Below are positions 57,670 to 64,000 of a stretch of 64,000 nt of DNA, one piece after another. Below the pieces are notes generated by a model. The model ran no database searches and was not told where the DNA came from. It saw nothing but the letters and a program-made list of their open reading frames with translations. The DNA is taken from contig CAZHUO010000003.1 of assembly GCA_964535715.1 (NCBI GenBank), positions 256-64,255 on the forward strand, in the 5' to 3' direction. The translations under genes were made by a program, and so were the position numbers. The DNA comes from an uncultured Gammaproteobacteria bacterium. Lineage in GTDB: Bacteria > Patescibacteriota > Patescibacteriia > Buchananbacterales > UBA6539. Position 1 is the stretch's first letter. Every line of letters begins with the position of its first letter.

Positions 57670-57921
57670 AGCGAGATAAGTTTTAAGCAAGATAAGCAAG
57701 ATAAGTAGTATTAGAAATTCTAAAATCTAGATTATAAATAAATCCTCGAATATAAGCACCAAATTACAAATTACAAATCCCAAACAAATATCAAATCATA
57801 AAACTCAAATTTCAAACACTAGTTTAGACGTTTAAAAATTGAGATTTCGAATTTGTTTGGATTTTGAGATTTAGAATTTGTAATTTGAATTTAGAAATTA
57901 ATAGACTTGTCTTGCCAAACT

Positions 57922-58731
57922 ATGCTAATAGATTCTCACTCTCACTTGAATTTTGAAGATTTTAAAGATGATTGGCAAAAAATAATTACTGATTGCCAAA
58001 ATCAAAATATCTGGATGATTAATGTCGGCTCGCAGCTTCAAACCAGCAGAAGGTCTGTAGAGATTGCGGAAAAATATGAAAAAGGGGTTTATGCCGCCAT
58101 TGGCTTGCATCCGATTCACGTTTCGGGAAGCAGTTTTCATCCCGAAGCTTTTAATATTGATTCTTATAGAGATCTATTAAATAGTTGTAAAAAAATCGTG
58201 GCAATAGGGGAAACCGGTTTGGATTTTTTTCATGATCTTAATAATATTGAAAATCAAAAAAAAGTTTTGCTTAAGCATATTGAGTTGGCAAAAGAATTTA
58301 ATTTGCCCCTAATTTTGCATTGTCGAAACAGTAAAGACGGAAAAAACGACGCCTATGATGAAATACTAAATATATTAGCCGACAAGTTGGCAAGCTGGAA
58401 AGCTGGAAAAGGGGTGATTCATTGCTTTGGCGGCAATTTAAAACAGGCTGAGGTTTTTTTGGATCTTGGTTTTTACATTGGCTTTACCGGGGTTATTACT
58501 TTTCCTAAAACTGAAGTGCTGGCTGAAATAATCAAAATGCTTCCCCTGGACAGAATTTTGGTGGAAACCGACTGTCCATATTTGGCGCCGGTGCCAAACC
58601 GAGGCGAGCGCAATATCCCGCAATATGTTGAGTTTGTTGCCAGAAAAATTGCTGAAATTAAAGAAATTGACTATAATATAGTTAAAGAGCAAACGGCAAA
58701 AAATGCCATTAAATTATTTAATTTAGTCTAA
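57922..58731 (+). CDS. tatD: TatD-family metal-dependent hydrolase (DNase)
   Basis: MLIDSHSHL ... GLHP ... GETGLDF ... LILHCR ... H.FGG ... ETDCPYL. Confidence 0.85.
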   Translation: MLIDSHSHLNFEDFKDDWQKIITDCQNQNIWMINVGSQLQTSRRSVEIAEKYEKGVYAAIGLHPIHVSGSSFHPEAFNIDSYRDLLNSCKKIVAIGETGLDFFHDLNNIENQKKVLLKHIELAKEFNLPLILHCRNSKDGKNDAYDEILNILADKLASWKAGKGVIHCFGGNLKQAEVFLDLGFYIGFTGVITFPKTEVLAEIIKMLPLDRILVETDCPYLAPVPNRGERNIPQYVEFVARKIAEIKEIDYNIVKEQTAKNAIKLFNLV

Positions 58732-58745
58732 TTATTAAACAATTT

Positions 58746-58865
58746 ATGCCCCATTTGGATGATGAATGTCCATGCGGTTCCGGCAAGCCTTATGGCGAAT
58801 GCTGTGGCGCGGCGCAACCTTGCGATTGCGGTTCAGGCAAACCGGCTGGCGAGTGTTGCTATTAA
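58746..58865 (+). CDS. 39-aa protein with two tandem SEC-C metal-binding motifs (YchJ/SecA-C-like), not in the ORF track
   Basis: MPHLDDECPCGSGKPYGECCGAAQPCDCGSGKPAGECCY. The ORF is locally GC-rich and starts 15 nt after the tatD stop. Confidence 0.55.
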   Translation: MPHLDDECPCGSGKPYGECCGAAQPCDCGSGKPAGECCY

Positions 58866-59005
58866 AAATATAGTTTGAATAATATCTAAGTAAACTTAGG
58901 TGAGGTTAAATTTATTAATTTAGCCCCCTTGAGTTTTTTTTCAATTTGTATTAGTTTAAGATAGTAAAAACAAAAGTGTAATTTAATTAATAATAAATAT
59001 AAACT

Positions 59006-60985
59006 ATGTTTCAGTATGAGTATTTTGCTGTAATTATTGCCGTTTTTTCTCTGGTTTTTGCCGGATATTTAGCGTGGCAATTAAAAAAACAGCCGGTAGT
59101 TGACCAAAAGGCCAAAGAAATTTCCGATATTATCCATCAGGGATCAATGGCTTTTTTAAACAAGGAATATAAAATTTTGGCGATTTTTGTTTTAATTGTC
59201 GCTGCCTTAATTTGGTTTGTTCCGGCTTTAAGCTGGAAAACCGCCATTTGTTTTGTTGCTGGGGCAATTTTTTCAGTTGTTTCAGGAAATATCGGCATGC
59301 GAATTGCCACTTTGGCGAATGTTCGAACCGCTGAGGCAGCAAAAAAAGATTTATTTGACGGATTGAAAGTTGCATTTTCATCCGGCAGCGTAATGGGCCT
59401 TTCGGTTGTAGGACTTGGTTTACTTGGGGTAAGTGTGGCTTACATTATTTTTAAAGATCCCAACGTTATTTACGGTTTTGGCTTTGGTGCTTCCGGGGTT
59501 GCGCTTTTTGCTAGGGTTGGAGGCGGAATTTATACAAAAGCCGCCGATGTCGGAGCTGATTTAGTAGGTAAAGTTGAAGCTGGTATTCCTGAAGATGATC
59601 CTCGTAATCCGGCCGTTATTGCCGATAATGTCGGTGATAATGTCGGCGATGTTGCCGGCATGGGAGCAGATTTATTTGAAAGTTATGTTGATTCGATAAT
59701 TGCCGCCATGGCATTGGGTATGCTTGGTGTTGCAACCTTTGGTCCGCAGGCAGTGGTTTTACCTTTGCTTTTGGCCGGGGTTGGTTTAGTTGCATCAATA
59801 TTAGGTAATTTTGTAATTAAATCTTTTAAAAAAGGCAATCCTCATTCAGTTTTGAACTGGGGAATTTGGTCAGCGGCCGTATTGACAGCCATAGGTTCAT
59901 TGCCGGCCATATATTATACGGTCGGTGATTTAAAAGTTTATTACGCGCTTTTAGTCGGGTTGGTTTCTGGAATCGTTATCGGCTTGGTTACCGAATATTA
60001 TACCTCTGATAAAAATAAGCCTGCTCAGGAAGTGGCTAAAGCGGCTGAATCCGGCCCGGCAACCAATATTATCTCCGGCTTTGCATTGGGGCTGATGAGT
60101 ACAATTATTCCGGTAATAGTGATTGCCATTGCGATATTTTTAGCATATAAGTTTGGTGGGCTTTTTGGAATTGCAATTGCTTCAGTCGGCATGCTTGCCA
60201 CTTTGGGAATTACATTAGCAACTGATACTTACGGTCCGGTAGCTGATAATGCCGCCGGAATTGCCGAAATGGCAAAAATGGGCGATGAAACCAGAAAACG
60301 GGCGGAAGAACTTGATGCGGTTGGAAATACCACTGCCGCAATTGGAAAAGGTTTCGCAATCGGTTCAGCTGCTTTAACGGCGCTGGTACTATTGGTTAGC
60401 TTCGGTCAAGCGGTTAATTTAGAAGTTATAAATTTATTGGATACCAAAGTTTTAATCGGCTTATTTATTGGCGGTTTGCTGCCTTGCGTTTTCTGCGCTT
60501 TTTCAATGAAAGCGGTAGGCAAAGCGGCATTTGAAATGGTCCAGGAAGTCCGCCGTCAATTTAAAGAAATTGCCGGCATTATGGAAGGTACAGGCAAGCC
60601 TGATTATAATCGCTGTATAGAAATTTCCACTGCCGCCGCTTTAAAGAGAATGATTGCTCCGGGCTTAATTGCCGTTGTAGTTCCGGTTGTTGTCGGCGTT
60701 GTTTTGGGACCGCAGGCTTTAGCCGGTCTTTTAGCTGGTTCAACGTTAACCGGATTTTTATTGGCAGTAATTATGGCTAATGCCGGCGGTGCTTGGGATA
60801 ATGCAAAAAAATACATTGAAGCCGGAAATTTAGGTGGGAAGGGTTCAGCCGCTCATAAGGCAGCTGTAGTCGGTGATACAGTCGGCGATCCGTTTAAGGA
60901 CACTTCCGGGCCAAGCTTAAATATTTTGATCAAGTTGATGGCAATTATTTCGATTATAATTGCTCCGTTATTATTGACTTTGTAA
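59006..60985 (+). CDS. hppA: Membrane-bound proton/sodium-translocating pyrophosphatase
   Basis: [28 protein letters not shown] and 14-16 TM helices. Confidence 0.9.
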   Translation: MFQYEYFAVIIAVFSLVFAGYLAWQLKKQPVVDQKAKEISDIIHQGSMAFLNKEYKILAIFVLIVAALIWFVPALSWKTAICFVAGAIFSVVSGNIGMRIATLANVRTAEAAKKDLFDGLKVAFSSGSVMGLSVVGLGLLGVSVAYIIFKDPNVIYGFGFGASGVALFARVGGGIYTKAADVGADLVGKVEAGIPEDDPRNPAVIADNVGDNVGDVAGMGADLFESYVDSIIAAMALGMLGVATFGPQAVVLPLLLAGVGLVASILGNFVIKSFKKGNPHSVLNWGIWSAAVLTAIGSLPAIYYTVGDLKVYYALLVGLVSGIVIGLVTEYYTSDKNKPAQEVAKAAESGPATNIISGFALGLMSTIIPVIVIAIAIFLAYKFGGLFGIAIASVGMLATLGITLATDTYGPVADNAAGIAEMAKMGDETRKRAEELDAVGNTTAAIGKGFAIGSAALTALVLLVSFGQAVNLEVINLLDTKVLIGLFIGGLLPCVFCAFSMKAVGKAAFEMVQEVRRQFKEIAGIMEGTGKPDYNRCIEISTAAALKRMIAPGLIAVVVPVVVGVVLGPQALAGLLAGSTLTGFLLAVIMANAGGAWDNAKKYIEAGNLGGKGSAAHKAAVVGDTVGDPFKDTSGPSLNILIKLMAIISIIIAPLLLTL

Positions 60986-61004
60986 TAAAATAATTTTCAA
61001 TAAA

Positions 61005-61042
61005 AAATCCGCTTTGCAATTTTTGAAGCGGATTTTTTTATT
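61005..61042 (+). terminator. Intrinsic terminator after hppA, followed by a TTGACA-17-TAACAT promoter at 61044-61072
   Basis: AATCCGCTT...AAGCGGATT hairpin followed by T8. Confidence 0.7.
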
Positions 61043-61130
61043 GTTGACAAATAAGTTATTTTGGATTAACATAAAAAACTAGGAAACCGCCAATGAAAAT
61101 TAGGGAAAACCAAAAAAAGGAGAAAAACTG

Positions 61131-61397
61131 ATGAAATGCCCAGTATGTGAAAATGAAACCTCGGTGGTTGATAGTAGGATATCTAAAGATGGCAAACGAA
61201 TCAGACGGCGCAGACAGTGCCAAAATCCAAAATGCAAAGAGCGCTTTACCACATATGAAGTTTTTGATGAAACCCTGAAAGATTTGCCTTCTTCTTCTGT
61301 TAAAACCATGGTGGTTGCATTAACACACCTCATTTCTTTATTGCCAAGAGAGGCGCAAGAGGATGTTGTTGAGAGGATTAATACCAACAGCCGGTAA
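61131..61397 (+). CDS. nrdR: NrdR-like zinc-ribbon protein, truncated, with no recognisable ATP-cone
   Basis: [43 protein letters not shown] matches the NrdR N-terminal zinc ribbon. The remaining 45 aa do not match an ATP-cone. Confidence 0.55.
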   Translation: MKCPVCENETSVVDSRISKDGKRIRRRRQCQNPKCKERFTTYEVFDETLKDLPSSSVKTMVVALTHLISLLPREAQEDVVERINTNSR

Positions 61398-61418
61398 AAT
61401 ACTGGCTGTCTTTTTTTA
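61388..61418 (+). terminator. Intrinsic terminator after the nrdR-like gene; it forms the first part of repeat unit Y
   Basis: CAGCCGGTAAAATACTGGCTG hairpin followed by T7. Confidence 0.65.
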
Positions 61419-61509
61419 TGTTCCAAAGCCTGTCATGGCGCTTAACAATGCATTCATGCGAATACTATAGTTCCGCAGCCGGTCTCTCAACCTACAGTAC
61501 TTGTCTATT

Positions 61510-61608
61510 TTTGTCATCCTGAACTTGATTCAGGATCTGGGGAAGCCTTGAGACTCTGAAACCCGCCTTCACTTCGTTTCGGCGGGCAGGCAAGTTCAGA
61601 GTGACAAA
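61510..61608 (+). mobile_element. MITE-like / structured repeat element, copy Y
   Basis: TTTGTCATCCTGAACTTG ... CAAGTTCAGAGTGACAAA termini. About 95% identical to the reverse complement of 48847-48945. Confidence 0.65.
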
Positions 61609-61648
61609 ATATATGAATACTCAATCGTAATGACAATAACAAGCAATA

Positions 61649-61677
61649 TTGACATTCAGCTTTTTAATCGCTAATAT
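61649..61677 (+). promoter_or_regulatory. Sigma70-like promoter TTGACA-17-TAATAT for pgk
   Basis: Read directly. It lies immediately downstream of repeat Y. Confidence 0.5.
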
Positions 61678-61736
61678 AAAGCCGCAAGAAATAATGGATT
61701 GACCTTTAAAATCGTTACAAAATAGGAGAGTTTTTT

Positions 61737-62993
61737 ATGAACAAGATGACAGTTAGAGATGTTGATTTAAGAGGAAAAAGAGTTTTGATGCGGGTTGACT
61801 ATAACGTACCGCTGAATGAGAGCGGAATAATTACTGACGACAGCCGGATTGTTGCAAGTCTGCCGACTATCCAGTACATTCTTAGCCAAGGTGCAAGCCT
61901 GATTTTGATAAGTCATCTGGGCCGGCCAAAAGGCAAAGGATATGAATCTAAATTCAGTTTAAAACCGGTACATGAAAAATTAAAATCATTGCTAGGATTT
62001 TCTGTTAAATGGTGCAGTAGCTGCGCCAGCCCGGTCAGCTTAAAAAAGGCGAGCTATTTAAAACCGGGTCAAGTTATGCTTTGTGAAAACACCCGTTTTT
62101 ATGCCGACGAAGGAAAAGCTGATTTAAAAGGTGTTCCAGAAAACAAAGTAGCGGCAGCTAAAAATTTGGCAAAAAATGATCAGAGAGAATTGGCCAATTG
62201 GCTTACTTGTCTTGGAGACGGAAGTGTTTTTGTTCAGGATGCTTTTGCCTGCGTTCACCGTGCTCATGCTTCAACTACCCTTGTCTGCGCTGACTATCAA
62301 TACAAAGTCGCCGGTTTATTAATTGAAAAAGAAGTCGACCGACTGATTGCAACCAGGGATTACCCGGAAAAGCCATTTTTGCTTATTTTGGGTGGGGCAA
62401 AAGTAAGCGATAAAATCGAGGTGATCGAATATCTGCTTGATAAGGTAGATGCTGTATTAATCGGCGGTCTGATGGCCTATACTTTTTTGGCAGCTTTGGG
62501 AAAACCAACCGGTTCTACTAAAATTGAAGAAGAATCACTGCCAAAGGCAATAGAAATTTTAAGGTCTGCAGATGAAAAAAACATAAAAATTGTTTTGCCG
62601 GTTGATAGTGTTGTTAATAAAACAGCTGACAATAATTTTTCAGCCGAAGTGGTTGGAGAAAGAATTGAAGCTGGCTGGCGTGGCCTTGGTATTGGTCCAA
62701 AAACTATAGAGTTATTTAAGACAGAAATTACTAAGGCTAAAACAGTTTTTTGGAACGGGCCTTTGGGCTTGGCGGAACTAGAGGTATTTTCTAAAGGTAC
62801 CAAGGAAGTTGCTGAGTCCGTTGCCAACCTTTCTGATGCCACTACGGTAATTGGCGGCGGGGATACTGTCTCGGTTATTTCCCAGCTTGGTCTGAGCCAA
62901 AAAATAACCTTTATGTCGACTGGCGGAGGAGCCACTTTGGAATTTCTAAGTGGTAAGAAATTGCCGGGTCTGGAAGTCCTGACGGACAAATAA
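61737..62993 (+). CDS. pgk: Phosphoglycerate kinase
   Basis: RVDYNVPL, ILISHLGRPKG, GGGA and the GGGDT hinge. Confidence 0.9.
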   Translation: MNKMTVRDVDLRGKRVLMRVDYNVPLNESGIITDDSRIVASLPTIQYILSQGASLILISHLGRPKGKGYESKFSLKPVHEKLKSLLGFSVKWCSSCASPVSLKKASYLKPGQVMLCENTRFYADEGKADLKGVPENKVAAAKNLAKNDQRELANWLTCLGDGSVFVQDAFACVHRAHASTTLVCADYQYKVAGLLIEKEVDRLIATRDYPEKPFLLILGGAKVSDKIEVIEYLLDKVDAVLIGGLMAYTFLAALGKPTGSTKIEEESLPKAIEILRSADEKNIKIVLPVDSVVNKTADNNFSAEVVGERIEAGWRGLGIGPKTIELFKTEITKAKTVFWNGPLGLAELEVFSKGTKEVAESVANLSDATTVIGGGDTVSVISQLGLSQKITFMSTGGGATLEFLSGKKLPGLEVLTDK

Positions 62994-62999
62994 ATCATC

Positions 63000-63031
63000 C
63001 ACCGCTTAGCAGATGCTAGGCGGTATTTTTA
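63000..63031 (+). terminator. Intrinsic terminator after pgk
   Basis: CCGCTTAGC-agat-GCTAGGCGG hairpin followed by a T-rich run. Confidence 0.55.
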
Positions 63032-63041
63032 TAAACGCAAA

Positions 63042-63095
63042 TTGCACAAATGACAGATACCAACGATGTGAATATATTCGCAGTTATTTGTGCAA
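63042..63095 (+). promoter_or_regulatory. Perfect 10-bp inverted repeat TTGCACAAAT-N34-ATTTGTGCAA immediately upstream of the gap promoter (candidate operator)
   Basis: Arms at 63042-63051 and 63086-63095. A TTGACA-17-TAAATT promoter follows at 63109-63137. Confidence 0.4.
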
Positions 63096-63112
63096 TTAGC
63101 GTTTGCCATTGA

Positions 63113-64000
<888 letters not shown>

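Overview
This is a low-GC (~32%) window with tightly packed, almost entirely plus-strand genes, consistent with a small-genome Patescibacteria/CPR-like bacterium. I read about 58 coding regions and a set of small repeated or structured intergenic elements. I saw no CRISPR array, rRNA or convincing tRNA.

Main blocks:
- 1-906: a GC-rich Rossmann-type ORF.
- 985-3778: a membrane GAF histidine kinase and a stand-alone receiver.
- 3959-11540: a nine-gene plus-strand operon with two GT-B-like glycosyltransferases, a fused nucleotidyltransferase + APH/choline-kinase-like kinase (AmgK/MurU- or LicA/LicC-like), a PfkB kinase, a SAM methyltransferase, a NUDIX, a B12-binding radical SAM enzyme and a nucleoside-2-deoxyribosyltransferase-like protein.
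- 11577-13841: canonical pheS with no adjacent pheT, then a convergent GC-rich gene for a monomeric mitochondrial-type PheRS-like protein (PheS core + FDX-ACB).
- 13923-14339: a GNAT gene with an in-frame TAA.
- 14355-18377: a second NUDIX, peptidase E, a Mur-ligase-family gene and a C45/Ntn hydrolase.
- 18520-28655: a PP-loop ATPase, a double ATP-grasp protein, a third ATP-grasp, a LysA-like PLP decarboxylase, an ABC exporter and unknown and membrane proteins.
- 28660-30046: riboflavin kinase and an EamA transporter.
- 30586-41020: a type IV pilus locus (receiver, PilB, PilC, pseudopilins, two major-pilin paralogs) with an 850-aa pilin carrying two near-identical 262-aa Cys-rich repeats and a PilM/N-like protein with two SH3b domains.
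- 41051-42863: DJ-1/PfpI, trxB, glutaredoxin-like.
- 43334-53508: uvrB, uvrA, a metallophosphoesterase, uvrC without the C-terminal HhH region, and an M23 peptidase.
- 54852-64000: rsmI, metG (HIGH motif reads HIGF), cvpA, tatD, a 39-aa double SEC-C protein the ORF track misses, H+-PPase, a truncated nrdR-like gene, pgk and partial gap.

Most unusual:
1. A repeat family of ~100-bp inverted-repeat-bounded elements in three copies (48847-48945, 61510-61608, divergent 57033-57140). Two sit in ~235-bp near-identical units in opposite orientation. All three lie in gene-sense between a terminator and the next gene.
2. A 114-bp tandem GC-rich terminator-like repeat at 15640-15900, with a third copy between uvrB and uvrA.
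3. Two GC-rich islands (1-950, 12640-13860) in an AT-rich genome.
4. The ATP-grasp/decarboxylase/ABC cluster and the sugar-activation operon, both of unknown product.
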